From NCBI RefSeq assembly GCF_001194135.2, contig NC_068986.1:76369602-76433601 (forward strand): 64,000 nt of DNA, given 5' to 3'. The position numbers were made by a program, and so were the translations under genes. Numbering within the stretch: the stretch's first letter is position 1; every line of letters begins with the position of its first letter. The notes beneath the pieces are model-generated. The model was not told the origin of the DNA, did no database searches, and was given only the letters and a program-made list of their open reading frames with translations. Shown here in pieces: positions 1 through 11,496 of this stretch. Source of the stretch: Octopus bimaculoides (taxonomy: Eukaryota).

Positions 1-560
1 CCTTGAGTAAACAAGGCACCAGTTATCCTGGTCCTTTGTCATCTCATCTGAATGGTTCAGTGTCCTCCTTCATTATTTCATCCTGTGTCTTCCTGGGTCT
101 CCCCTCTTCCATGAGTTCCATCCACTTAGAGAGATCAGCATTTCTTTATGGAACTGTCAGCATCCATCCACATAACATGACCAAACCAGTGCAGTCTTTT
201 ATCTTGCACGCTGCATCTAATTCCTCCTGTGCTTAACTTCTCTTTCAATGCACCAGCACTCAGTTGAACATGTACACTTACATTACACATTCAGCAGAGC
301 ATACTAGTCTCATTCCTCTGCATGTCCTCTTCATTCAGGGCCCACATTTCACTACTCTGTTGAATTGCTGTTCATATATATGCATCATACAATCTTTTCA
401 CCTGGAGAGAGAAACCTTTGGTTGCCAACAGAGGTAAAAGCTCTCTGAATTTTCTCCATCCCACTCTTATTCTATCTATTACACTTTCTGTACATCTTCC
501 ACTGCTACTAATTTGGTCTCCTAGGTAGCAGAAATTATCCACTCTATTTCCTGTGAATAT
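1..560 (-). mobile_element. RTE-clade LINE, degenerate C-terminal reverse-transcriptase fragment
   Basis: Minus-strand translation gives VDNFCYLGDQISSSGRC...RIRVGWRKFRELLPLLATKGFSL, then RLHWFGHVMWM and GRGRPRKT, with stops and frameshifts. These are typical RTE ORF C-terminal motifs. Confidence 0.85.
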
Positions 561-639
561 TTTTGTTTTTTTAATTGTTGCATTTGCCATTTCATGGTTT
601 AAAATATTTTAAAGTGAGTAGTCTTGTAGCTCTTCTATA

Positions 640-902
640 AAAACCTGCTGTTTTCCCCCCACACCCACTTCCTTCAGGTTTGTAGTCTTGCAGACTGCAT
701 GATGACTTCAATAGTGCTGCTGCCATGAAAAGAGCATTCAGTACATACTGTAAAGTGGTTGGTGTTAGAAAGGGCATCCAGCCCTAGAAACCATGCCAAA
801 GTAGTCACTGGAGTACAATGCAATCCTAGGACCTATCAGATCCTGTCAAGCTATCCAACCAATACCAGCATGGAACATGGACACTAAATCATGATGATGA
901 TA
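640..902 (+). mobile_element. SINE family A (GAT-tailed), partial copy
   Basis: Contains gtggttggtgttagaaagggcatccagc...ccaacc.ataccagcatggaa...(gat)n, shared with many copies in the window. Confidence 0.75.
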
Positions 903-1065
903 CCATGTCTGTCCTATTTTCAACAAACATCTATGGTACAAATAGTCTGAGCACAGAATACTAGTAGTAATTGAACTGTTGACATTTTTTTCAGAATTTA
1001 TTTAAGTTGTTCAGTATTTAGATATTTACTATCTTTGTCTTTACATATTTATTAAACGTCATTAA

Positions 1066-1271
1066 CCCTTTTGATGCCAACCCATTTGAGACCGCTCCTG
1101 TTTCTGTGACACAAACTTCCAGTTTTAAAGTCACCTAAATTAAAACCTATCAAAATTTCATGTTGATTTATGTTCCGAGTACCAGTTTAATAATGACAAA
1201 GTTATTTTACTAACTTCTTCATTATTTTCAAAATTAATTAACACGAAGGTAGAAATATGGTTACAAAAGGG
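1066..1271. mobile_element. piggyBac-like MITE
   Basis: TTAA at 1062-1065 and 1272-1275. Termini CCCTTTTG...CAAAAGGG form an 8-bp inverted repeat. Confidence 0.65.
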
Positions 1272-1381
1272 TTAATCTAAACTTCTAAATGTGTTAGTTC
1301 TATTTGACAGATTTCCAAAATGACCTTGTTAAATGCATTGTCATCATTGTTTTCTATTATTTTTTTTATTATTTTCTTCAG

Positions 1382-1564
1382 GACATAGCTCGAGATTGTC
1401 TTCGCATTCAAAGCCTTCAGATGTTTGGAGATTATTTGTGTGGTATTGAAACCCCAATGCTATCTTTTGATGTTGAAACTAAATGTTACTCTTCAACAGA
1501 ACCCAGTTTATTAATAGATGAAGCAGAACTTGAAATGAATATTGAACAATATGTTACATCTGAG
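1382..1564 (+). CDS. SMG6: SMG6 internal coding exon (end of helical region and linker), phase 0-0
   Basis: ttttcttcag|GAC...GAG|gtgagt. Encodes DIARDCLRIQSLQMFGDYLCGIETPMLSFD..., matching my recollection of human SMG6 (IAADCKRV...LCGQEEPLLAF). 183 nt, in frame with the next exon. Confidence 0.9.
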
Positions 1565-1602
1565 GTGAGTCTTTGCCTTTTATGAACACACACACACACA
1601 CA

Positions 1603-1833
1603 NNNNNNNNNNNNNNNNNNNNNNNNNNNNNNNNNNNNNNNNNNNNNNNNNNNNNNNNNNNNNNNNNNNNNNNNNNNNNNNNNNNNNNNNNNNNNNNNNN
1701 NNNNNNNNNNNNNNNNNNNNNNNNNNNNNNNNNNNNNNNNNNNNNNNNNNNNNNNNNNNNNNNNNNNNNNNNNNNNNNNNNNNNNNNNNNNNNNNNNNNN
1801 NNNNNNNNNNNNNNNNNNNNNNNNNNNNNNNNN
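1603..1833. other. Assembly gap (N run) after a (CA)n microsatellite
   Basis: N run seen directly. Other gaps: 5877-5886, 15154-15338, 20169-20345, 58684-58902, 63110-63456. Confidence 0.99.
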
Positions 1834-2049
1834 CAATGATAGCCACAAATAAGTTAATCCTAACAGCTAGCCATCAAAAATGACCTTTTACTGAAAATCT
1901 ACATTCTCAGCATAGCAAAAAAAATAAAAAGGTAACCATCATAAGGGAGATTGCTTTTTCTTCTTTTTTTAACAAGCTCTGTACTGTCACATAGCTAAAA
2001 CATTGTCTCCACAAATTCTAGACCCCACAGTCATCAATAACCTTTCCTT

Positions 2050-2330
2050 GTGATCTCTCATCCACAACATAGCAAAAATTTCACCAACAAATTACAACCC
2101 TCTGACTTTCAGGCATGCTGTGTCCCCTCTCTGCTTTTAGTACTATTACTACATACATATGGCCTCTGCTCCTTGGAGCTCGTTGGTCTCATGCCATTTC
2201 CATCCAGGCCTACCAACTCACTTGTCTTTACTCTTCATTTCACTCATGTTAGCTCTCACCTCTAGATCCTGCACTAACTCTTAATTCTTTTTCCTGCAGA
2301 ATGTTGATTCTCTTGAGTTCACTCTCTAAC
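2050..2330 (+). mobile_element. CR1/L2-clade LINE 3' ORF fragment (degenerate)
   Basis: Translation ...YGLCSLELVGLMPFP... followed by RSCT resembles the conserved C-terminus of CR1/L2-group ORF2. Confidence 0.45.
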
Positions 2331-2374
2331 TTTCTCTCTATCTTTCTTTCTTTCCTCTCCTTTCTTTTCCTCCT

Positions 2375-2703
2375 GGGGTAGCCTAGTATCTCCTCTATTC
2401 TAAGACACTTATCCCTATCCCTCTATTATACTTTAATTTCTCATCTGGCACAAAGTCACCTCCCTCAGTACCACTGCCTCTCCCAGACAAGGGGTCTTTG
2501 TTTTGCAAGTTACTTGATGATCCTATTGGTGCTGGTGCCATGTAAAAAGCACCCAGTGCACTCTGTAAAGTGGTTGGCATTATGAAGGGCATCCAGCCTT
2601 AGAAACCATGCCAAAGCAGACAACAGAGCCCAGTGCAGTTCGGCTCATTAGCACCTGTCAAACCATCCAACCCATGCCAGTGTGGAAAATGCATGATGAT
2701 GAT
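2375..2703 (+). mobile_element. SINE family A (GAT-tailed) copy with 5' extension
   Basis: gtaaaaagcacccagtgcactctgtaaagtggttggcatt.tgaagggcatccagc...ccaacccatgcc...(gat)n. The same 5' extension recurs near 34050-34335. Confidence 0.75.
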
Positions 2704-2729
2704 ATTTTGTCATGCAATTGTTTAACCCT

Positions 2730-2850
2730 TTGGCTCAGTGGTTAGAGTGTCAGGCTCACAATCATGAGGTAGTGAGTTCGATTCCTGAGCTAGGCTGTCT
2801 TGTGTTCTCAAACAAGACACTTTATTTCACATTGCTCCTGTTCATTCAAT
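2730..2850 (+). mobile_element. tRNA-derived SINE family F head
   Basis: Pol III A box TGGCTCAGTGG and B box GTTCGATTCC, followed by the body ttgtgttctc...aagacactttatttcacattgctcc. Related copies at ~11910-12060 (+), ~12065-12210 (+) and ~21225-21358 (-). Confidence 0.75.
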
Positions 2851-2944
2851 TCACATATACATTATAATACACTTATAAATACATTTATAATACACTATTG
2901 GTATCATGTCCATTTTCTTCATTGCCCACAACCTGCATATTTCC

Positions 2945-2946
<2 letters not shown>

Positions 2947-2986
<40 letters not shown>
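2947..2986. repeat. (ATT)n microsatellite
   Basis: Seen directly. Confidence 0.95.
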
Positions 2987-3177
2987 GGAACTGGAGCTAA
3001 AAATACCATTTAAAATTCTGTTGTCAATCTGGATTCAAGCACTCATTATTTCCTACATTAAAGAGACACTACATTTCATGAACAAAGATTTTGTTATTGT
3101 AGTCAATAAAATTGATTAAAAATCCAATCAAATTTTTTTCGTTATTGAATGATATTCATGTCATTTGTTTCATCTAG

Positions 3178-3306
3178 GATGAGGCTGTAATGGAAACAGA
3201 AGAGGATGATATTACTGATGGGGAAGAGATGAAGATGTTGAAAGCAAAGAAAGAAGAACTGAAAAAGAGAGTTGAAAAACAAAGCCGCCACCAACAGAAT
3301 ATCCAA
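3178..3306 (+). CDS. SMG6: SMG6 coding exon (acidic linker plus coiled coil), phase 0-0
   Basis: catctag|GAT...CAA|gtaagt. Encodes DEAVMETEEDDITDGEEMKMLKAKKEELKKRVEKQSRHQQNIQ, equivalent to the human acidic linker and ...LRAKK...QEKIQ. 129 nt. Confidence 0.9.
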
Positions 3307-3518
3307 GTAAGTATATAAAGTGTAATTTTTCTCTTCCTCTTTTCTCCAGTGTCTTCTTGTCTTGCATGATTGACTTGGTCAGGTTGGTTAACTGTTGTAG
3401 TTGTTGCTGTAGGTGTTGTTGTTATTGTTGTTGTAGCTGTTGTATTTAGATTTCTTCTGTTGCCAAACTATATATCATTTTATCACTATTGCTCCCCTTT
3501 ATTTTCTTTGTGTGTGTC

Positions 3519-3519
3519 T

Positions 3520-3568
<49 letters not shown>
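3519..3568. repeat. (CT)n microsatellite
   Basis: Seen directly. Confidence 0.95.
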
Positions 3569-3571
<3 letters not shown>

Positions 3572-3822
3572 ACTTGCTTTATACTGCTTGCTTCTCACAT
3601 TTACGTTAGTTTGAGGTTTGCAGAACAATCATCGTTCCATAACAAAGGAAAGATTTGCTTCATAAAATTTCTGATGGTTAGTATAATTTTGGATAGAGAA
3701 AAATTCTTAATGATTGAGATAATATCAAATAGGATTGAGGAAAATGTCAACAGAAATTCAGGAATCATCCTAAAAATAACATATCAATGTTAATTGTATT
3801 TATTCCACTGAAACTTCTTTGA

Positions 3823-4184
3823 TCTTTTACTAGTTTCAGTCATTGGACTGCAGCCATGCTGAGGCACTGCTTTGAAGGGTTTAATCAAACAAATTGGCCC
3901 CAGTACTTATTTTTTAAAGCCTGATACTTATTCTATTAGTATCTTTTGTTGAACTACTAATTTATGGGAATGTAAACAAACTGACACCATCTGTCAAGTG
4001 GTGGTAGGAAACAAACACAAAGACACACACACACGACAGGCTTCTAGTTTCCATCTACCAAATCTACTCACAAGGCTTTGGTTTGTCTGAGGCTATAGTA
4101 GAAGATAAGTGCCCAAAGTGCCATGCAGTGGGGCTGAACCCAGAACAATGCAGTTAGGAAGCAAATTTCTCACCACACAGCCAC
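3823..4184 (-). mobile_element. tRNA-derived SINE family C, near full length
   Basis: Reverse complement gives head gtggctgtgtggt...ggttcagccccactgcatggcac, a central (CA)n, and tail ...atggctgcagtccaatgactgaaac..gtaaaaga. Confidence 0.85.
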
Positions 4185-5589
4185 AATAAATACCTCTAAA
4201 TATTGATGAAGTATCACAGAGCCTCTCAGCAATACACAATACACATAACATATCCCTATCCTTAAAACATGTGGCTTTGTATCTATGTTAAAAACCACTT
4301 TTATGAAAGGCAGAACTAGTAAAGTATAGTTAAGATGCTATGCCTCTTCCCATTTCTTGGTTTAACACCTTACTATTAGGACTTATTTTGAGTTAAGCCA
4401 ATGAGAAATAGCAGCCAAATCTTTAAATCACATTACTGTTTTTAAAATGGATACTTTGGATAATGTGGTCTTGGATTCCTTGCTTATATGCAAAATTAGG
4501 ATGGAAACAGCTGGAATACTTTTGATCATTGATTAAATTGCAGTAACAACTCAGTTGGATGAAAAATAAATTGAATCAAACAATAATATTATATTGGGAA
4601 TTAGTTGAATCACTGGCAGTACTTCTTGTTTATAAATTAAATGAAATAAATATAAAAATGAATTAAATTAAATATATTGGTGTTAGCCAATGTAAAATGG
4701 CATTCTCTTTGTGGTTAAAAACAAGTTTGTAGTTTTATTTATGCACTTTTTATAGGAAAGGTTTGTCATTGATTGAATAATGATCACTATGTCACGTCAT
4801 TGAGACCAGAGGGGATGAAAGATACATAGTTGATTGAATTTATTCATTCATTTACCAGAGAAACCCTTCTCTTGAAACCCAGCGCCATCTGTTTGGTTCT
4901 GGTCATTGCTTTGAGGATTTACCTTACTTGCCATGCCTGGCTTGTGGATTGGCATGGGTGCTTTTTGGGCTCTCTACATTCTGAGTTAAAATTTCACCCG
5001 GGTAGAATTTGATTGAGAATGCAGAGAGCAAGAACAAACACCACAAAGTATTTGGTCTGGCATTCTTACAGTCCCACTAATCTACAGCTCACAGCTCTGG
5101 ATTGGTATTTTTCATTTTATCAACTCCACAATGATGAGAGTCAAAGATGACTGCAACAGGATTTGATCTCAGGACACAACATGTCAGAACAAATACAGCG
5201 AGGTATTCAATTTAACGTTCTAACAGCTCGTTACCTTTTTGGTTGATCAGACATTAGCATATTAGTTATTTCATTTGATACCAATTATTTTCCGATATAT
5301 ATTAGTTATTACCATGACACTAGTGAAAAGAAATACTAAACTGACTTCTGATGTATTAGAACTGAGAAATTTGTACCATGAAATTAGATAACAGAAAGCT
5401 TCCAGTTTTCCATTCAACTGTTTGAAACTTTATAGCTCTAAAGCTATAAGTTATATTATATTTTAATAAGAACAGTGGCCAATTTATTTAAAAGGAATAT
5501 CATAACCAATTAAATCTTCTGTACTTTAATAATTTGCACAGTTTATCAATGTTTAGAATATGGATAGTCATTGTTATTCATAGTCATTC

Positions 5590-6163
5590 TTATTGCGGCA
5601 AGCGAAAGCGAAATCGGGATAGCACCTGTGCCCAGCGTCGCCTTTCTGGCACTTGTGCCCGTGACATGTGTAAGGATTTTCGAGCGAGATCGTTGCCAGT
5701 GCCCCTGGACTGGCTCTTTTGCGGTTGGCACATAAAATACACCATTTTGAGCGTGGCTGTTGCCAGTACCGCCTGACTGACCTTCATGCAGGTGACACGT
5801 AAAAGCACCCACTACACTCTCTGAGTGGTTGGCATTAGGAAGGGCATCCAGCTGTAGAAACTCTGCCAAATCAGATNNNNNNNNNNCCTGGATTGGCTCT
5901 TGTGCGGGTGGCACATAAAATACACCATTTTGAGCGTGGCTGTTGCCAGTACCGCCTGACTGACCTTCATGCAGGTGACACGTAAAAGCACCCACTACAC
6001 TCTCTGAGTGGTTGGCATTAGGAAGGGCATCCAGCTGTAGAAACTCTGCCAAATCAGATTGAGCCTGGTGTTGCCATCCGGTTTCACCAGTCCTCAGTCA
6101 AATCGTCCAACCCATGCTAGCATGGAAAGCGGACGTTAAATGATGATGATGATGATGATGATT
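5590..6163 (+). mobile_element. SINE family A (GAT-tailed), young copy with internal tandem units
   Basis: CpG-rich copy ending catggaaagcggacgttaaatgatgatgat. It spans a 10-N gap with a duplicated ~170-bp segment on either side. Confidence 0.85.
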
Positions 6164-6329
6164 GTGAAACATGAACTACGATATGCCTGACTACAAATAA
6201 TATATTGCAAGAAGTAATTCCACATCTGGTAACAATCCGTGTAACATGTAGTGCAGACAGTGTAGCTTAATGCGAAAGGTATAATGTTATGTCTTCAACA
6301 GTTTCAAGATGTAGAGCCTTATATTTACA

Positions 6330-6500
6330 TTAACCTGTGAGCATTTAAACCAGCCATATCTGGCCTAAATATTCTACACATTGTATGCTCAAACCAACCA
6401 GATCTGGCATTTCACACCTACCCTACAGTGTCATTCTAAAAAATAAACAATCACATCATCAAAATCTTAAAGTTATGAGATAGTGCATGATTAATTAAAA
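6330..6500 (+). mobile_element. piggyBac-like MITE family G, interrupted by a SINE C copy; resumes at ~6912-6950
   Basis: Matches copies at 10014-10229 (-), 20721-20865 (+) and ~35871-36079 (-). Confidence 0.7.
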
Positions 6501-6511
6501 ATAACCATTTA

Positions 6512-6908
6512 TCTTTAATCTTTTACTTGTTTCAGTCATTTTTCTGTGGCTATGTTGGGGCATTGCCTTGAAGGGTTCTAGTTGAACAAATTGACCTTAG
6601 GTCTTATGTTTTCAAGCCTAGTGCTTATTCTATGAGTCTCTTTTGCCAAACTGCTAAGTTACGGGGATGTAAACACACTGACACTGGTTGTCAAGCAGTG
6701 GCGGAGGACAAACACAAAGACTTTTTCTCACACACACACACACATGATGAGCTTCTTTCAGTTTCCATCTACCAGATCCACTCACAAGGCATTGGTCAGC
6801 CCGAGGCTATAGTAGAAGACGCTTTCCCAAGTTGCCACACAGTGGGACTGAACATGTAACCATGTGGTTGGGAAGCAAGCTTCTGATCTCACAGCCATGC
6901 ATGCGCTT
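6512..6908 (-). mobile_element. tRNA-derived SINE family C, full length
   Basis: Same structure as 3823-4184 and 54294-54627. Confidence 0.85.
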
Positions 6909-7690
6909 ATGCAATGTAAATAAGCATTACATTTGGTCGAGTAATCTGTAATAGAAAGTTGTCGATAGATTTTGAGTATCTTTCACTGGACTATAGCTGT
7001 GGCCTAATTGTTGCAAAAGCAGAATTCATGCATAGTTGTAATTTTGTTGGTTAAAGTGATATTTATCAGAGGATTTGTTAATGGTAACATGCCTATTCTG
7101 TTCTGATATTATTATATTCAAATACATGTACAGAAAAGAAAGATAGTTTAGATTCCTGTTTTCAGTTGTGGTTTTAGAATTGTTTTGGGTAACCAGCCAG
7201 TTCTTAAAGATTTATTTTAAGATTTTCTACTGCGTTATTATTTATTTTTATGTTTTTAGCTGTATCTTTGATCATATTTCTGCTGTAGAGACAAGAGTTG
7301 TCTGCTTTTAGATTCTGATTGTGTTGCTCTGCAACTAAATATTTTCTTCAGTAACCTGATGAGATAGCACAGTCTTCATTAAAGAGAAAAGTTACTTCAG
7401 ATAGCATCAGACTGAAATAGCTACTCCACAATAAAACAATGACTAAATGTGACAAAAACAATTGTGATCCTATTTTTGACATGGTGTACTTAATCATTAG
7501 CATGTTGCAAACAAATGTATGAATTGATCTGTTTTGCACTTGAAGTAAATCAATGGACTACTTGTAAATAAATATCTGTTGTTTGTAAAACCTTAAACTG
7601 CATGTTGTTTGCTTGCATGCTTCTTTTTTTTTATGTAATTTTTGTCTTATCTGCACACTTATCACATCTGCTCCATCGTCATTTCCAAAG

Positions 7691-7762
7691 ATGTTGAGAG
7701 CCAAGAGAGATGCGCTCCAGCAGCAAGTTGATCAACAGGCCAGCCGTAAGCAGAACATCCAA
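7691..7762 (+). CDS. SMG6: Candidate duplicated alternative SMG6 exon, paralogous to 3235-3306, phase 0-0
   Basis: atttccaaag|ATG...CAA|gtcagt. MLRAKRDALQQQVDQQASRKQNIQ aligns without gaps to MLKAKKEELKKRVEKQSRHQQNIQ (11/24 identical). No AG occurs in 7546-7688 upstream. Confidence 0.7.
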
Positions 7763-9240
7763 GTCAGTAACAATTTTGTTTCCTTATTCAGATTGAATGT
7801 CTGCTAACCCACTTTCCTAAGTTGTTTTTTGTGTGAGCTTTGTTTCTATTCTGATGTCTTCAATGTTATTTGAGCTAAATAACTAATATTGTTTTTTTAA
7901 TAACAGACGTTTTCCTTGTAATTTTTTTTCTAATGAACTTTACTTAATCACCATCTTCACCATCACTCTACCATCTTTCAGTTTGGTAAGTGTTTGTCAG
8001 AAAGTTGATATATAATACTTATTTGTGTATTGTATGTTTACAGCTTATTTCATCTAACAACAAAAGATTAAATCTTTTAAATAAAATTTCAAAGTCTATT
8101 TCATTGAAACTGTTCTGACATACCTTACATTTGTACATTTTCCCCATTCTTTAATATGCTTCCTTTCCAAAGTAGCTATATTGCTAACCATTACCAATGT
8201 TGTACACTAGCTACTAGAGCATATTGTATTGGACTTTTTTTTTTTTAAATAGTCATGTAAAAAATAGAAGTAAACAAACTAAATTAACTGTAGCATCCAA
8301 GCAACACACTTAAAACTAACCTGGCTTTTTTACCTTACTAAATATATCCTGTGATATTGAATATCAGTTCTTATTTTCTTAATAACTTTTGTCATCAGAT
8401 TTCATGACTGTTAATGGTTCTTGTTATTTTACTTCTTTATTTTTTATTAATTATTCAACATGATGTAACAGTTGTAGGTGTTGCAGCTGTTGTTTAAAAG
8501 CAAAAAGTAAGCACTAACATTTTGCTCAGTTACTAATGTATGTAGTAAAATATGAAACGTTTATGATAAACACACCCATTCTTTGGACGGTTTAAGTTGC
8601 TTTGGTGGTATTTTTTTCACCAAATAATTGAACTACCAAGAAGGTTTATGAGTAGCACAATAATCTGTTTCTCATTAACCTAGGAACAGAAAATGAAATC
8701 GAAGGGAGTTATTGTGGAAGTTGTTGCACTTTAATGATCATAGTACATATAAGTTTGCAGGCTATGCAAAGTAGAGCTACTGAAGTGTTTTGTGAGTAGA
8801 AAGCAAAATTTCCTGTCAGAAACAGCCACATAAATGGTGTAAGGAATCTGAAGGAAGCCCCTTTATTTTGTCTTTCCACATAGTTAAATTGGTATGGAGC
8901 TGTATGAAAGATACGTATAACTTTCGCTAGTGGAAGCAAAACTCTTATCTAAAGGTTGATTCTTTGGGATGAATCATATGTGATTGTTGGAAAAGGGCTA
9001 GAACGACAATGTTAAAATGTATTTGAAACAATGGACAACAGTTGAAATATCATAATGGATGGGTAAATAAGCATCCTTAAAGTGAAACAATGGTATCAAA
9101 GGTAAACAAAGGTATCAACAAATAGAAGAGAGGAAAGGGAACATCTCCTTTCAAGTAACTCAGAATAGGTAAAAGTAAGCTTGCCACAGTTTAATGCAGT
9201 TTAAATATGTAGATTAAGATAGTTTGGTATTCGATATTCA

Positions 9241-9780
9241 TCGTGTACAGCGTCCTAGTCAACTGAATCACCATCGTAGGTGGACAGCGAAAATAAATAG
9301 GCAAAATCCTTTCACTTTTATAAAAAGATTAAAGAAGTATGGAAGACCCTACATACAAAAAAAACTATGTCCATTTACGTCCAATTACGGCAGGAGCTCT
9401 GGGCAAAATGTTATAGTGCATGACCATCGTTGGGACATAAGTAACATGTGTGTAAAGTTTGGTGAAAATCGGTTGAGAATTGTGGAAATGTAAGCTTTAG
9501 TCATTATACACACACATACTGTGATTTATATAGGTATACAGTGGAAATTAATAGACAAAATCCTTTCACTTTTATGAAAAGATTAAAAAAGTATGGAAAA
9601 CCCTACATACAAAAAACCTGTCCATTTACGCTGGAGTTCTGGGCAAAATGTTACAGTGCATGACCATCTGCAGGACATAAGTAATGTGTGCATAAAGTTT
9701 GGTGAAAATCGGTTGAGACTTGTGGAAATGTATGCGTTAATCATTATACACACACCTACTGCGATTTATATATACTAGAT
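9241..9780 (+). mobile_element. Non-autonomous Helitron-like element with a tandemly duplicated ~254-bp 3' unit
   Basis: Starts A|TC and ends ...tatatatactagat|t. Two units contain aagtttggtgaaaatcggttgag (caaaatcctttcac at 9302 and 9556). CpGs are retained. Confidence 0.55.
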
Positions 9781-10013
9781 TAGATGTAGGTAATAATATA
9801 TCCGCAATAAATGTATTTATTAAATTATTAATCTGTGTGTGTGTGTGTGTGCAGTACATGAATCATGGCTTTGTCTGAATATTCCTCATCTTATAATCTG
9901 CTCTGAAAATATTTTCTAGTAGCTTCATACTTGACTACTAGTTACAATGACAAAGCCACTGTGGTCGCTCATTTTGATTGAAATAGCTGCCAAATCACAT
10001 CTACTGTCTTTAA

Positions 10014-10229
10014 CACTTTAACATTCAGATTACTCTGTCAAATGTAATGCTTATTTATTTACATTGTTTTGAGTTAACCATGCACTATCTCATAGCTTTG
10101 GGAGTTCAATAATATGGTTGTTTATCTTTTGAATGGCATTGTAGGATAGGTGTGAGAGGCTGGATCTGGCTGGTTTGAATATAAAACAGAATATTTGGTC
10201 CAAATACAGCCTATTTGAATGGTAAAGGA
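10014..10229 (-). mobile_element. piggyBac-like MITE family G
   Basis: TTAA at both ends (10010-10013, 10230-10233) with degenerate CCCTTTAGCATT-type termini. Confidence 0.75.
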
Positions 10230-10925
10230 TTAAAAGGAAGAACACCTTGAGCAAAGTACTTCTAGATACACTGTGTCTCAAGAAGCAGAATGGTCATGGT
10301 TGGAATGTCTTTTCACCACAAGTCTCAATGTTCATATCTGGCATAGAGCTAAACACCAGTAAATCATTACAAAATTTTTTTATTAATTCAATTGGGAAGT
10401 TTTCTTAATGAAACCATTTCATCATTGTTACTACTCTTCAAAGCATGTACTTTTTCTACTAAATCTCATTTTCCCTCTCAGTGCAGATCCCATTCTTATT
10501 GAGATATAGTTGGATATTCAATATTTTAAGCATATATTTCAGATTAAAAGAAACAAACTTTTTTTTTAATCTCCCCACTGCTTCTTTTTAACCTCTTTTT
10601 TTAAAGGATTTGATTAACCAGTGATTGCCTGCTTGACCAACATTTTCAGAGTTGCTACACTCCTTTAACCATTAAAACATACGCACATTCATTATATTGG
10701 CGTATGTGTACATTATAACCAATGGATTTGATCTGTTTTTGTTGTCTGCATTTTAATATTTATATCTAATTGCTTTGAAGTTGTGCTTAAAACTAATCGT
10801 TAATTGAATGATGACTGATGTGACTAACTTCTAACATAATGAACACAAATTGACTGCATGGAGTCTGATTACTTTACACAAAATATTTGGGTATTTTTCA
10901 TATAAACAACTTTGCTTTCTGTGTA

Positions 10926-10969
<44 letters not shown>

Positions 10970-11446
10970 CACTACCTAAAACACTATCTTAGATATATAA
11001 ATTTATGTAGGTTTTTTTCATAAACAGAGCAAGAGGCCATCTCTAACAATTGTCTTTTGTTGGTATTTAGACAACAATGGCAACAATGATAAACTGTGGA
11101 AAATTTTTCCTATTTTCTCTTGACTATAAATTAATGAATTGGGGTGGGCTTGGGTCTGTTGCTTTAATTACTCTTGTCTTTATTAGAAAAATCTGATTGT
11201 AATTTGCATATATAAGCATAATAGACCTTTATGCATATTATAATATACAATTATATGTGTATTATTACAGAAATTTATATCTGTTATGAATGTATTTATA
11301 GGTATATCATAATGTATATGTATATTATAATGTACATTTATATTTATACTATAATACATATTTGTATAACAATGTATATATAAAAAAAAATTTCAGAATG
11401 AGATAAAAATCCAAGGTTGTGAAAGATTTTAGAACATTTATAAATA

Positions 11447-11496
11447 AGTCTTACAGCTGTTTCTGGGATATTTTATATATCCCTTCATTGGAGACT
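11447..11496 (-). ncRNA. Degenerate minimal type I hammerhead ribozyme (Penelope-like element remnant)
   Basis: Minus strand: AGTCT CCAATGA A GGGATAT ATAAA ATATCCC A GAAA C AGCT GTA AGACT. Stems I and II and the palindromic loop III are present, but the core is mutated. Confidence 0.55.

Noticed and set aside
2730-2800. tRNA-like sequences with A and B boxes (also 11910, 12065, 18400-18468, 25438)
   Set aside because: They are SINE heads that continue into repeat bodies; I could not fold a complete cloverleaf with an acceptor stem.
5546-6052. 168-aa and similar ORFs in the ORF track (also 35294-35617, 37779-38236)
   Set aside because: They lie wholly within SINE family A, or run through N-gaps and microsatellites.
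5704-6058. Near-identical ~170-bp direct duplication inside a SINE
   Set aside because: The two units sit on either side of a 10-N gap, so overlapping contig ends or haplotypes are the likeliest cause.
6070-6105. CTGAGGA...GAAA on the minus strand of SINE family A, resembling a hammerhead core
   Set aside because: Only 5 nt separate the motifs and they cannot form stem II; no stem I pairing.
8709-9050. Minus-strand ORF with HTAPYQFNYVERQNK, faintly like an LTR-retrotransposon integrase
   Set aside because: The match is too partial to support by eye and no DDE spacing could be traced; an HMM search is needed.
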